Source of the DNA: an uncultured Syntrophomonadaceae bacterium
GTDB lineage: Bacteria > Bacillota > Dethiobacteria > DTU022
Reading direction: 5' to 3'
DNA length: 64,000 nt
Assembly: GCA_964492615.1 (NCBI GenBank)
Contig: CAZBKZ010000001.1
Span: 33,354-97,353 of the forward strand
A program made the position numbers and the translations under genes. The notes under the pieces were generated by a model, which searched no databases, was not told the DNA's origin, and saw only the letters and a list, made by a program, of their open reading frames with translations. This document shows positions 1 to 7,981 of this stretch, piece after piece. Numbering within the stretch: position 1 is the first letter of the stretch; each line of letters begins with the position of its first letter.

Positions 1-222
1 GTCAACTACTTCTCCTGCCGGAACCATGAGCCAGATTATCCGGCGGTCGTCAAAGCGTGCAACAAATTCAGCAGCACTACTTGTCCCACTTATCCCTTCA
101 CTATTAAACTGGCCGGCACGGAAAGGGCTACGGCTCAATGCAAATACTTTATGCCCATTATCGAGCATATTAAGGGCCAGGGGATAACCCATCTTACCAA
201 GACCAACCAACCCCACTTCCAT
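1..222 (-). CDS. 6-phosphogluconate dehydrogenase-like (decarboxylating Gnd/YqeC type) NAD(P)-binding protein, N-terminal 74 codons only; the 3' end lies outside the window
   Basis: Not in the ORF track because it is edge-truncated. A minus-strand ATG at 220-222 opens MEVGLVGLGKMGYPLALNMLDNGHKVFALSRSP...RRIIWLMVPAGEVVD. The frame stays open to position 1. The GxGxxG Rossmann start and the WLMVPAG motif are typical of the 6PGDH family. Confidence 0.65.
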   Translation of the reverse strand, partial: MEVGLVGLGKMGYPLALNMLDNGHKVFALSRSPFRAGQFNSEGISGTSSAAEFVARFDDRRIIWLMVPAGEVVD

Positions 223-316
223 GGCGAACACCTCTCTCAATTTATTAAACATTTTTTTTACATTATTACTGTAATTATTCATATCTTACCTCAATTCGAG
301 TGCTCTAACAATTTAA

Positions 317-355
317 AATATTGAGGCCCGTTATATCCTAACGGGCCTCAATATT
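317..355 (-). terminator. Rho-independent terminator of hsp20
   Basis: 16-bp perfect stem aatattgaggcccgtt / aacgggcctcaatatt with a 7-nt loop. It lies 23 nt downstream of the hsp20 stop and is followed by a T-run on the minus strand. Confidence 0.75.
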
Positions 356-377
356 CCGGTACTTTTTTAAATTCTAA

Positions 378-815
378 TCATGCTTCTTTAATCTTTATAG
401 TGCGGCTCTTCAGCTCATCAATCTTGGGCATCTCAATTTTCAAAACCCCTGCCTTGTAACTGGCCTCAACCTGGTCCGATTTTATCGGAACGGGAAGTTT
501 GAAGCTGCGGTAAAACTTCCCTCCCGTTCTTTCCTGCCAAAGCAACTCCCCCTGGGCATCCTGCATGGCAACCTCTCCAGAGATAGTCAGGGTATCATTG
601 TTGGTAGTCACTTCAACATCGTTAATATTTACTCCAGGCAGGTTAATCATGGCCACAAGGGCATTTTCTGTATTGTAAAGGTCAACCTGCGGATAAGATC
701 CCTGCCCGCTTACAGGCCAGTTGCGAAAGAATGCATCAGCAAATACTGAGTCGATTCCAGAGCGGATCCGGTCCATCTCACCACCTGAATTTCTTTTGAC
801 TAGATCTCTCATCAT
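378..815 (-). CDS. hsp20: Hsp20/alpha-crystallin family small heat-shock protein
   Basis: ORF track 378..830. Alpha-crystallin domain motifs are present: LPGVNINDVEVTTNNDTLTISGE, FYRSFKLPVPI, GVLKIEMPK. I moved the start to ATG 815 because GGGAGG lies 7 nt upstream of it and the track's first ATG sits inside that RBS. Confidence 0.9.
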   Translation of the reverse strand: MMRDLVKRNSGGEMDRIRSGIDSVFADAFFRNWPVSGQGSYPQVDLYNTENALVAMINLPGVNINDVEVTTNNDTLTISGEVAMQDAQGELLWQERTGGKFYRSFKLPVPIKSDQVEASYKAGVLKIEMPKIDELKSRTIKIKEA

Positions 816-844
816 GGCTATACCTCCCATTAATTAGGTTAATT

Positions 845-871
845 TTAGCACTCTCCGTATCAGAGTGCTAA
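845..871. promoter_or_regulatory. CIRCE element (HrcA operator)
   Basis: TTAGCACTC-tccgtatca-GAGTGCTAA is a perfect match to the CIRCE consensus TTAGCACTC-N9-GAGTGCTAA. It lies about 30 nt upstream of the hsp20 start. Confidence 0.9.
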
Positions 872-875
872 GTAT

Positions 876-904
876 ATTATGATATTTTTTTTTATGTCGA
901 TCAA
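876..904 (-). promoter_or_regulatory. Putative sigma-A promoter of hsp20
   Basis: On the minus strand, TTGATC (899-904), a 17-nt spacer, then CATAAT (876-881). It sits immediately upstream of the CIRCE element, which is the usual arrangement. Confidence 0.5.
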
Positions 905-1005
905 GCGACATTATATTAATTTTAGGGCAATTATACGTCATTTATCTGGTTGTAATGAAAATATAATGCTAATTCTCATTATTATAGTCTTTTCCTTTAA
1001 ATTAC

Positions 1006-1043
1006 GCATAAAAACAAGAAAGCCATACCCTCCGGTATGGCTT
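1006..1043 (-). terminator. Rho-independent terminator of the 56-aa Cys-rich ORF
   Basis: 10-bp stem aagccatacc / ggtatggctt (1020-1029 / 1034-1043) with a 4-nt loop. On the minus strand it is followed by tcttgttttta. Confidence 0.65.
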
Positions 1044-1074
1044 ATAGATAATTACAATAGCGCTATTTAAACAA

Positions 1075-1245
1075 TTACCTTCCCCTGTAAATAGCCTCAA
1101 TGTAGCATTTTTTACAATCACTGCAATAGTCAATGTTGAAACCCCGAGTACCGTAACAGGGGCTGCCAAAATTAACAGGTTTGTTCAACTTAATTTTACC
1201 GGCAGTTTTTAAAGGTGTTAATTTACTTTTACCATCATTCTTCAT
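1075..1245 (-). CDS. Small (56 aa) cysteine-rich hypothetical protein with a C-x10-C-x2-C-x2-C motif
   Basis: Below the ORF-track length cut-off. ATG at 1243-1245 is preceded by GGGAGG at an 8-nt spacing. Product: MKNDGKSKLTPLKTAGKIKLNKPVNFGSPCYGTRGFNIDYCSDCKKCYIEAIYRGR. It has its own terminator downstream. Confidence 0.55.
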   Translation of the reverse strand: MKNDGKSKLTPLKTAGKIKLNKPVNFGSPCYGTRGFNIDYCSDCKKCYIEAIYRGR

Positions 1246-1524
1246 TATAAATGCCTCCCTTGGCGCAGATTGATTAATTATTTACTACTCCGGTTATTCT
1301 TTAAACTGTAGTCGGAGTATTTTGCTTGTAACTCTTTACTTCAATTGACATTATAACAGCTTTTCGTCGAAAAATAGTAATAATCGGTCCTATATTAATA
1401 ATCTGTATAGCCATAACCAAAAGTCTATGACTGCCCATTTACTTCTAATCTAAAGATAAAAAAACCCACTGTAATTGCACAGAGGTTTATACAGATTTGA
1501 TAATTGTCGTTGCAATTAAATAAA

Positions 1525-1598
1525 TGGAGCGGGTGATGGGAATCGAACCCACGTATCCAGCTTGGAAGGCTGGGGCTCTACCATTGAGCTACACCCGC
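1525..1598 (-). tRNA. tRNA-Gly (anticodon UCC), CCA encoded
   Basis: Minus-strand read GCGGGTGTAGCTCAATGGTAGAGCCCCAGCCTTCCAAGCTGGATACGTGGGTTCGATTCCCATCACCCGCTCCA. It folds as a cloverleaf with anticodon loop CTTCCAA. Confidence 0.93.
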
Positions 1599-1636
1599 AG
1601 AAATATAAAATGTAATAGTCTTGTTTTTCTCTTTAT

Positions 1637-1665
1637 AATATAAACGTTTCATTGAAGGATTGCAA
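1637..1665 (-). promoter_or_regulatory. Putative sigma-A promoter of tRNA-Gly
   Basis: On the minus strand, TTGCAA (1660-1665), a 17-nt spacer, then TATATT (1637-1642). It lies about 40 nt upstream of the tRNA. Confidence 0.4.
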
Positions 1666-1691
1666 GTATTTTCTCTTTAACATCATTATCA

Positions 1692-1726
1692 CTGAGGCAA
1701 CCGGTTGTAATAACGGGTTGCCTCAG
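1692..1726 (-). terminator. Stem-loop downstream of the Fe-S subunit gene (probable terminator)
   Basis: 11-bp stem ctgaggcaacc / ggttgcctcag, 42 nt after the stop at 1768. The T-tract is weak. Confidence 0.45.
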
Positions 1727-1767
1727 AATATAAGAATGCTCAACCTTAGGCTTTTGAGTTACTGGTT

Positions 1768-2862
1768 CTACCGGTCAAGGCAGGCTTTGGCCAGCAACTC
1801 AATAAGTTCAAACACCTGCCCCTTCTCTCCCTGTAAAGCTTCCCTGCAGAAAGGACAGGCAGTTGCTATTAATGCATTTTCATTAAAATCATTCAACCTC
1901 CTGGCGGCAACTGCAGCAGCAGTTTCAGGGAAGGAAAGCTGGAACATCCTTCCCCCGCCGCAGCAGTGGGTCTCTTTACCACTGGCATAAGGCTCTATTA
2001 CCTCCAGCCCAGGAATTGAGCCAAGCAGTTCACGCGGTTCATCAACCATATTAGCTGTTCTGGCCCATATGCAGGGGTCATGGTAGCTAATTTTCCCAAA
2101 ATCCAGGGAATGCGGATTTAGCCGCCCTTCCCGGACCAAACCGAGAAAATAAGATGGTCCATCGACCACTTCAACTTCCAGTTCATACCCCCAGGCAGGA
2201 TAACGTTCGTTAAAGGTTTGCCAACACTCGGGGCAGCTGGTTACCAGTTTTTTCGCCCCGCTATCCTTTATCTTGCGACAGTTTTCTTCGGCTAGGCGGG
2301 ATACCAAATCCATATCTCCCCAGGTTTCAGCAGGATATCCACAGCAATCTTCCTCTATCATTGCATAACCAACATCGGCTTTTTGTAATAGTTTCTTTGC
2401 CATTTCCACAGAGTTCACGTTGTTGGCCAGGGAAGTGCAGCCGGCAAAATATACTATATCTACTTTATCTCCGTTCACTTCGGCCATGCCCGATTCCTTC
2501 CGTCCATACGGGCTGCTGTATTTTTTCAGGTTATTCAGGTACGGCTCCCATTCCGGAAGGTTAATATCAGCTTTTTTCTCACCGATACGGGCATGAAGAA
2601 GTTCATCACAAAGGTTAAGATCCGGAAAAGGGCAGAGCAAGGTACAGTTCCGGCAGCCCAGGCAGTTGGAAACAGCTTCAAGCAATTCTTTGTTCCATGA
2701 GAGATAACTCTCCTGAACCAGAGCAGCCTGCCTGGCTTTGCCCGCAGGGGCAACAGCCTCGCGCCCGGTGACCTGCAGGACAGGACAATCACAGCGGCAA
2801 AGATTGGGGCAAAGGGCACAGTTTAGAAGTTGTTCCATATCAACCTTTTTTATTTTGGCCAT
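1768..2862 (-). CDS. (Fe-S)-binding subunit of a 2-hydroxyacid (glycolate/D-lactate) dehydrogenase; GlcF/HdrD-like with 2x4Fe-4S and CCG domains
   Basis: ORF track. Contains CPNLCRCDCP and CRNCTLLCP ferredoxin motifs plus two Cys-rich CCG-type repeats (CCGYPAE, CCGGG). It overlaps the upstream FAD subunit gene by 13 nt, and GGAGGTG sits 5 nt before the ATG. Confidence 0.8.
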   Translation of the reverse strand: MAKIKKVDMEQLLNCALCPNLCRCDCPVLQVTGREAVAPAGKARQAALVQESYLSWNKELLEAVSNCLGCRNCTLLCPFPDLNLCDELLHARIGEKKADINLPEWEPYLNNLKKYSSPYGRKESGMAEVNGDKVDIVYFAGCTSLANNVNSVEMAKKLLQKADVGYAMIEEDCCGYPAETWGDMDLVSRLAEENCRKIKDSGAKKLVTSCPECWQTFNERYPAWGYELEVEVVDGPSYFLGLVREGRLNPHSLDFGKISYHDPCIWARTANMVDEPRELLGSIPGLEVIEPYASGKETHCCGGGRMFQLSFPETAAAVAARRLNDFNENALIATACPFCREALQGEKGQVFELIELLAKACLDR

Positions 2863-4313
2863 TTTGACACCTCCGCAATACCCAGTTTACCCGGATTCAT
2901 GATTTCATTTCGGTCCATGGATTGCTTGACTCTCATCAGCAAATCAAGACCAGCCCCGTGTTCTTCCCTCATCCACTGACCCCTGTGCAGGCCAATTCCA
3001 TGGTGATGTGATATTGAAGCGTTTTCTGCCAGGCAGGACTCCATTGCAGCCTGCCAGATTCGCTTATAATAACCGACCTTGTCTTCCCCGGGAAACCCTA
3101 CAGTGGTTAAATATAGAGCTGCACCATCCGGGTAAACATGTGAATAATGTCCTGAAGCCAACATGGTTCCTTCCAGGCTCATTAAAGCATTTTGCATCAC
3201 TTTATAAGTTGAAAAAGCATTGTGCCAGTTAGTTGAAACCTCGATAGTATCGAGAACCGCTCCTTTTTGAAACAGCTTAGACGCTACGCTTACATTAAAG
3301 CGGTTTTCCAACCAATGCCTGACATGTTCTTCACCTTCATCAACAGATCCGTAACGGGATACAATTTCCTTTATAACCTCCCTCTCTGCAGTAATTATCT
3401 TTTCATTGCCCTCGATGAGGAGGATCAGACCACAGCGTTTATCGCCAAGTTCAGGAAAATGATGACCCGTTTCCTGGGCATCATAAAGGCGCACAACAGC
3501 AGGGCGGGCTCCTGAACGCATTATCAACCGGATTGCCTCCAAGCCCTCTTCCAGTTCGGCGAAAGTAAAAGTATCCATCAACCGTTTTTCCGGAAGGGGC
3601 CAAATTCTAAGGGTTGCAGCCGTTATAACACCAAGTATTCCTTCCGATCCGAGAAAGAGGTGATCCAATCGGGGGCCCGTTGCCGTACGAGGCACACTAC
3701 GGCCACTGAAGATTGTCCCATCGGGCAAAACTGCCTCCAGTGAAACGGTAATATCTTCAATCTTTCCATAACGGGTAGAGAATTGACCTGCAGCGCGGCA
3801 GGCAAGCCAGCCGCCAACCGTGGAACAGCGCAGAGATTGGGGGAAATGACCTCCCGTATAACCGGCCCTGTTTAACTGTTCTTCGTATAGAGCACCGTTC
3901 ATACCACTTTCAACTGTAACCATCAAGCTTTCATCATCAATAGAGATAATCCGATTCATCTTCTTGAGATCAATTACGACTCCCCCGTTAACCGGAACTA
4001 CTCCGCCCAGGGTGCCGGAACCCTCTCCGAAAGGAACCACTGGAACCATAAGTTCATTGGCCAGCTTAAGCAGCTGCGAAACCTCTTCCTTGTTTTTTGG
4101 CCACACTACAAGCTGAGGCAGAGCGGGCACATAACCTTCAAGCATCCAGATATTACTTACGGGCCAGAAATCCCGGCAGTTTGAAAGCAAATCCGCTTCA
4201 TTCGCTGAAACACGATCTTCTCCGATCAGGTCGGCAGCGAGGTGAGCATACTGATCAATTACTTTCTGGGCCACCTGCTTTTCCTGGATTTCAGTTTTAA
4301 TATGATTGCCCAT
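2850..4313 (-). CDS. FAD-linked oxidase, GlcD-like (glycolate oxidase / D-lactate dehydrogenase FAD subunit)
   Basis: ORF track, 487 aa. FAD_binding_4-type N-terminal half (PVVPFGEGSGTLGG). The C-terminal end HHHGIGLHRGQWM...MNPGK is typical of the family. Confidence 0.85.
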   Translation of the reverse strand: MGNHIKTEIQEKQVAQKVIDQYAHLAADLIGEDRVSANEADLLSNCRDFWPVSNIWMLEGYVPALPQLVVWPKNKEEVSQLLKLANELMVPVVPFGEGSGTLGGVVPVNGGVVIDLKKMNRIISIDDESLMVTVESGMNGALYEEQLNRAGYTGGHFPQSLRCSTVGGWLACRAAGQFSTRYGKIEDITVSLEAVLPDGTIFSGRSVPRTATGPRLDHLFLGSEGILGVITAATLRIWPLPEKRLMDTFTFAELEEGLEAIRLIMRSGARPAVVRLYDAQETGHHFPELGDKRCGLILLIEGNEKIITAEREVIKEIVSRYGSVDEGEEHVRHWLENRFNVSVASKLFQKGAVLDTIEVSTNWHNAFSTYKVMQNALMSLEGTMLASGHYSHVYPDGAALYLTTVGFPGEDKVGYYKRIWQAAMESCLAENASISHHHGIGLHRGQWMREEHGAGLDLLMRVKQSMDRNEIMNPGKLGIAEVSKWPK

Positions 4314-4332
4314 GTAAACACCTCCGGGTTAA

Positions 4333-4356
4333 GTATTCAATAGCAGTATTGAATAC
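4333..4356. promoter_or_regulatory. 24-bp inverted repeat (candidate operator) just upstream of the glcD-like RBS
   Basis: GTATTCAATA-gcag-TATTGAATAC, with perfect 10-bp arms. It ends about 10 nt from the GGAGG of the FAD subunit gene. No T-tract follows, so it does not look like a terminator. Confidence 0.4.
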
Positions 4357-4460
4357 CCTTCCCGTGTCAGTTCTCTTTTTTAAAGGAGATAAAACAAATA
4401 CACTGCAAGCTAAACTAAATATTTAACGCCGATCATAACAACCTGCCTGTATTTGTATTA

Positions 4461-5804
4461 TTAATCTTTCCGGGCACCAATTGCTTCCAATGTTTCTGAA
4501 TCAAGCTTGTAACGTCGAAGCAGTATAAGACTCAGGCCCATTAAAACTGCCGGCATCAGTGCAAACCCTACCCTGACCCCGATTAAGGCAGATCCAGGCT
4601 GACTGATGATAACACCGCCCTCTGTTTCAATAAAACCGGTCAGAGCCAGGATTGAAGCGAACACAACAGGACCGACAGCAAAGCCTGCTTTGTCGGCCGC
4701 TGTCCAGATCCCGGTGTAAGTGCCCGCTCTCCGAAGGCCAGTTTTAACCGTATCAGCGCTGATCGTGTCTGGAAGCATGGAATATGGAAATAGCTGTGTT
4801 CCCGCATAACCGGCACCCATCACAAAAACAATCAGGAAAACCAGCCATAAACTTTCAGGCCCGGCAATCATTAAGCATAAACCACCTGCAGTAAAAAGTA
4901 TGGTGCAGGTTATGTAACCTGCCAGCTTCCCGTATCGCCTCCCCACCCTGACCCATAACGGCATTGTTACCAGTGCTGGACCGATGAGACAGACAAAAAG
5001 AACGCTGGTCAGGCCGGGATCACCGAGAATATAAGCAGAATAAAAGTCAACCCCGGCCAGCATTGCCCCGATACCAAGAACCTGAATAATGTATGAACCA
5101 AAAAGAATGAAAAATGGCCTGTTTTGCATTGCCGCACGAAATTGTTCCCGGAAAGATACTGCGGTCCGTACAGCTTCTACATAAGGAACTCTGCTGGTGC
5201 CGAAGAAAGATATTATTAAAGATAAAAAAAGGATTATTCCTATAATTATACCCATCAGGGTATAGCCTTCTCTACCGCCTCCCCCGGCGCTAACCAGTTC
5301 CGGGGCCAGGGCCCCGCCAATCAGGATTCCCAATGTCATAAAGGCAATCCTGAATGACATTACAGTTGTTCTTTCATTATAGTTTTCGGTCATTTCTGCA
5401 GGCATGGCAATATAGGGAACCTGGTAGACTGTGTAAAAAGTAGTGCAAAGGATATAGATGGCCAGCACATACCAGGCCGCTTCTACCCCCTGCTGTTCAG
5501 GCACCCTGAAAAGAAAAGCAAATGCAACCGGCAGGGTTAAAGAACCTGCCAGCATCCATGGACGGCGCGCACCCCATTTGCTGCGGGTCCTGTCCGAGAG
5601 AGAACCGGCAAAGGGGTCAGTAATAACATCCCAGAAACGCGGTATAAAAATAACAAAACCGGCCAAAGCCGGTGGCACCTGTAAATAGCGAACCATGAAA
5701 CTCAATAGGAGTAACCCGGGCACCGTAGAGAAAATACCCGTTCCAAGCGAACCGACACCATATCCCAAATAGGTTCCCAGGCCAAGCGACTTTTTAATGT
5801 GCAT
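4461..5804 (-). CDS. MFS transporter of the glycoside-pentoside-hexuronide (GPH):cation symporter type
   Basis: ORF track 4461..5879. 12-TM pattern and the GPH signature DxxxDPxxGxxSDRTRSKWGxRRPW (ITDPFAGSLSDRTRSKWGARRPW). I moved the start to ATG 5804 (MHIKKSLG...), which has GGAGAG 8 nt upstream. Confidence 0.85.
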   Translation of the reverse strand: MHIKKSLGLGTYLGYGVGSLGTGIFSTVPGLLLLSFMVRYLQVPPALAGFVIFIPRFWDVITDPFAGSLSDRTRSKWGARRPWMLAGSLTLPVAFAFLFRVPEQQGVEAAWYVLAIYILCTTFYTVYQVPYIAMPAEMTENYNERTTVMSFRIAFMTLGILIGGALAPELVSAGGGGREGYTLMGIIIGIILFLSLIISFFGTSRVPYVEAVRTAVSFREQFRAAMQNRPFFILFGSYIIQVLGIGAMLAGVDFYSAYILGDPGLTSVLFVCLIGPALVTMPLWVRVGRRYGKLAGYITCTILFTAGGLCLMIAGPESLWLVFLIVFVMGAGYAGTQLFPYSMLPDTISADTVKTGLRRAGTYTGIWTAADKAGFAVGPVVFASILALTGFIETEGGVIISQPGSALIGVRVGFALMPAVLMGLSLILLRRYKLDSETLEAIGARKD

Positions 5805-5911
5805 TAAACTGTCTCTCCAATGGGTTATTTTTACATATGGAACAAGAAAATAGTAACATAATTGACTATTGCCCGTCAATTTATATTTTTTAAAATTATT
5901 AAATTATATCC

Positions 5912-5941
5912 TTGATTACTGCTAAACATTAGTGCTATAAT
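5912..5941 (+). promoter_or_regulatory. Putative sigma-A promoter of the decarboxylase gene
   Basis: TTGATT (5912-5917), an 18-nt spacer, then TATAAT (5936-5941). Confidence 0.45.
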
Positions 5942-6014
5942 TGATATGTAAAATTTTTACTATACAAGTTTCTACTCCTTATCCTCAGACTAAGAAAGAA
6001 GTTTGTAACTTATC

Positions 6015-7463
6015 ATGGGAAGGATGGTTTTCATGGGCGCACTGCATGAGAAAGGTATTCCAAAAGATAAAGTTTTGGAAGCAATGGAAGCTTTAACAGA
6101 TAACGATGTGAACTGGCGAACCGGCAAAGTATTAACAGGCCTTTATGATCCGGGCGATAGTGCCCACGATTTGGCAGTGGAAGCCTATACCCGTTTTTTG
6201 CCACAAAATGCCCTATATATGAATATGTACCCCAGTATCGGAAAAATGGAAAAAGATGTGGTTGATTCAATAGCACAATTGCTTCGGGCAGATGACGAAG
6301 TGGCAGGAAATATGACCAGCGGCGGCACAGAAAGTATTCTCATGGCTATTAAAACTGCGCGCGACTGGGCCAGGGCCAACCGTCCAGAAATAAAGAAACC
6401 GGAAATGGTTCTGCCGGTAACTGCGCATCCCGCTTTTATTAAAGCTGCTCATTACTTAAACATAAAGGCAATCCAAACCGCTATCGATTTGAACACTTAC
6501 CGGGCTGATCTCGATTCATTCAAACAGGCGCTGGGACCAAACACCATAATTGCTGTCGGTTCAGCCCCGAACTTTTCTCACGGTTCGATAGATCCAATCG
6601 CAGAAATGGCAGCAATATCTGCCGAAAAAAACATTCTCTTTCATGTAGATGCCTGTGTAGGAGGCATTTACCTCTCAATCATGCGCAGGATGGAAAACCC
6701 ACTGCCCGATTTTGATTTTTCTCTACCGGGAGTTACCAGCATTTCTGCTGACTTGCATAAATATGGTTATACCCCCAAAAATGCTTCTGTTATACTCTAC
6801 CGTAACCGTGATTTTCGCAGGTATGCCTGGTTTACCTGCTCCACCACCACCGAGTATATAGTAATCAACCCCACAGCCCAGAGCAGTAAAACCGGGGGGC
6901 CGGTTGCCGCTGCCTGGGCCATGCTTCGCTTCCTTGGCGAAGAAGGCTTCCGCGATATCGTCAATCGTTCGCAGGAAGCTACAGGAAAAATACTGGAGAA
7001 AGTAAAAGCTATTAAAGACATTGATGTTCTTGGCCAGCCTGACATGTGTATGTTTACTATGGCTTCAGAAAAGTTGAATGTATTTGAAATTGACGATCGC
7101 ATGCGCGAAAGAGGCTGGCACATGATTCCCCAGTTTGCCTGCGGCGGAAGCCCGCCAAACCTGCACGTGAGCATCACCCAGGCCAACGTGCCACATACTG
7201 AAAAATTTCTTTTAGATCTTGAAGATGTAGTGACACTGCTCCGGCAAAACGGTTCATTAGTTAATAGTGAAGAAATTACCCGGGTTATTGATGAAACGGC
7301 AAACAGCTCTATAGAAGTAACAGCAATGTCGCTTATCCCTCTAGTAGGGCTGACCGGCCTTGACTTGCCGGAAGAAATGGCCACTTTAAATACTGCTCTT
7401 AACCTCATACCAGGAGAAAAACGCGACCAGCTGCTAACCTTTTTCTTTAATATGAGCAGCTAA
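6015..7463 (+). CDS. PLP-dependent group II decarboxylase / sphingosine-1-phosphate-lyase-like enzyme
   Basis: ORF track, 482 aa. Motifs GGTESILMA, HVDACVGG and the PLP-lysine motif SADLHKYGY. The start could instead be ATG 6024 or 6033. Confidence 0.8.
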   Translation: MGRMVFMGALHEKGIPKDKVLEAMEALTDNDVNWRTGKVLTGLYDPGDSAHDLAVEAYTRFLPQNALYMNMYPSIGKMEKDVVDSIAQLLRADDEVAGNMTSGGTESILMAIKTARDWARANRPEIKKPEMVLPVTAHPAFIKAAHYLNIKAIQTAIDLNTYRADLDSFKQALGPNTIIAVGSAPNFSHGSIDPIAEMAAISAEKNILFHVDACVGGIYLSIMRRMENPLPDFDFSLPGVTSISADLHKYGYTPKNASVILYRNRDFRRYAWFTCSTTTEYIVINPTAQSSKTGGPVAAAWAMLRFLGEEGFRDIVNRSQEATGKILEKVKAIKDIDVLGQPDMCMFTMASEKLNVFEIDDRMRERGWHMIPQFACGGSPPNLHVSITQANVPHTEKFLLDLEDVVTLLRQNGSLVNSEEITRVIDETANSSIEVTAMSLIPLVGLTGLDLPEEMATLNTALNLIPGEKRDQLLTFFFNMSS

Positions 7464-7611
7464 AAAATATCGCATTCCCGGGCTGTGATCATGTATAATT
7501 TAGATAGAACTATCCAACAAACAATCGCTTCAACGCCTGATTCAGTCAACTTCACAGCTATAGCCGAAGCAATCGTTCTTCTCAAAAAAATTAAGAAGGA
7601 GGGTTGCCGTT

Positions 7612-7782
7612 GTGCCTTTGTACGAGTATATCTGCCGGGATTGCGGCAAAGTGTTTGAAATGAAGGAACGCCTGGCTGAAAAGGAAACAAATAAAGAACA
7701 TATCTGCCCGGCCTGTAAAAGTAAGAATACTGCCCAGTATTTCGGTAACATGATTGTTATTGCTTCCACACACCTGCACTGA
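7612..7782 (+). CDS. FmdB-family zinc-ribbon protein (CxxC...CxxC), 56 aa
   Basis: Not in the ORF track (GTG start, under 60 aa). AAGGAGGG lies 8 nt upstream. Product: VPLYEYICRDCGKVFEMKERLAEKETNKEHICPACKSKNTAQYFGN..., the classic FmdB N-terminus (YEYxCxxCG...CPxC). Confidence 0.8.
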   Translation: MPLYEYICRDCGKVFEMKERLAEKETNKEHICPACKSKNTAQYFGNMIVIASTHLH

Positions 7783-7793
7783 ATCAATTATAA

Positions 7794-7840
7794 AAAGCAA
7801 AGGACAGTGCTTTACATGTGCTTTGCTTTTTATTTTTTTG
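7794..7840 (+). terminator. Rho-independent terminator after the FmdB-like gene
   Basis: Stem aaagcaaag / ctttgcttt followed by tttatttttttg. Confidence 0.6.
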
Positions 7841-7981
7841 TAATTGATGTTTATTTAAATTCGCTTTATAAATTATTCCATCAACATGTTAATAGAGCCA
7901 AAACGCACAATAATCCGTTATATTTAACCTGGAAGTACTATAATGGCGCCGGAAAGCAGCAATTAAGAAAAGGTTAACTTA

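Noticed and set aside
879-1070. 63-aa plus-strand ORF between hsp20 and the small Cys-rich gene.
   Set aside because: It starts inside the hsp20 promoter region and runs through the terminator hairpin at 1020-1043. It is extremely AT-rich, has Ile/Phe/Asn-biased composition and has no RBS.
6797-7408. 203-aa minus-strand ORF inside the PLP decarboxylase gene. Similar long antisense ORFs occur at 51309..51836, 55290..55841, 53976..54398, 24010..24480, 44947..45336, 36119..36451 and 38709..39047.
   Set aside because: Each is fully embedded antisense to a gene with clear family motifs. They lack RBSs and have Ser/Arg/Pro-rich shadow-frame composition, which is typical of antisense artefacts.
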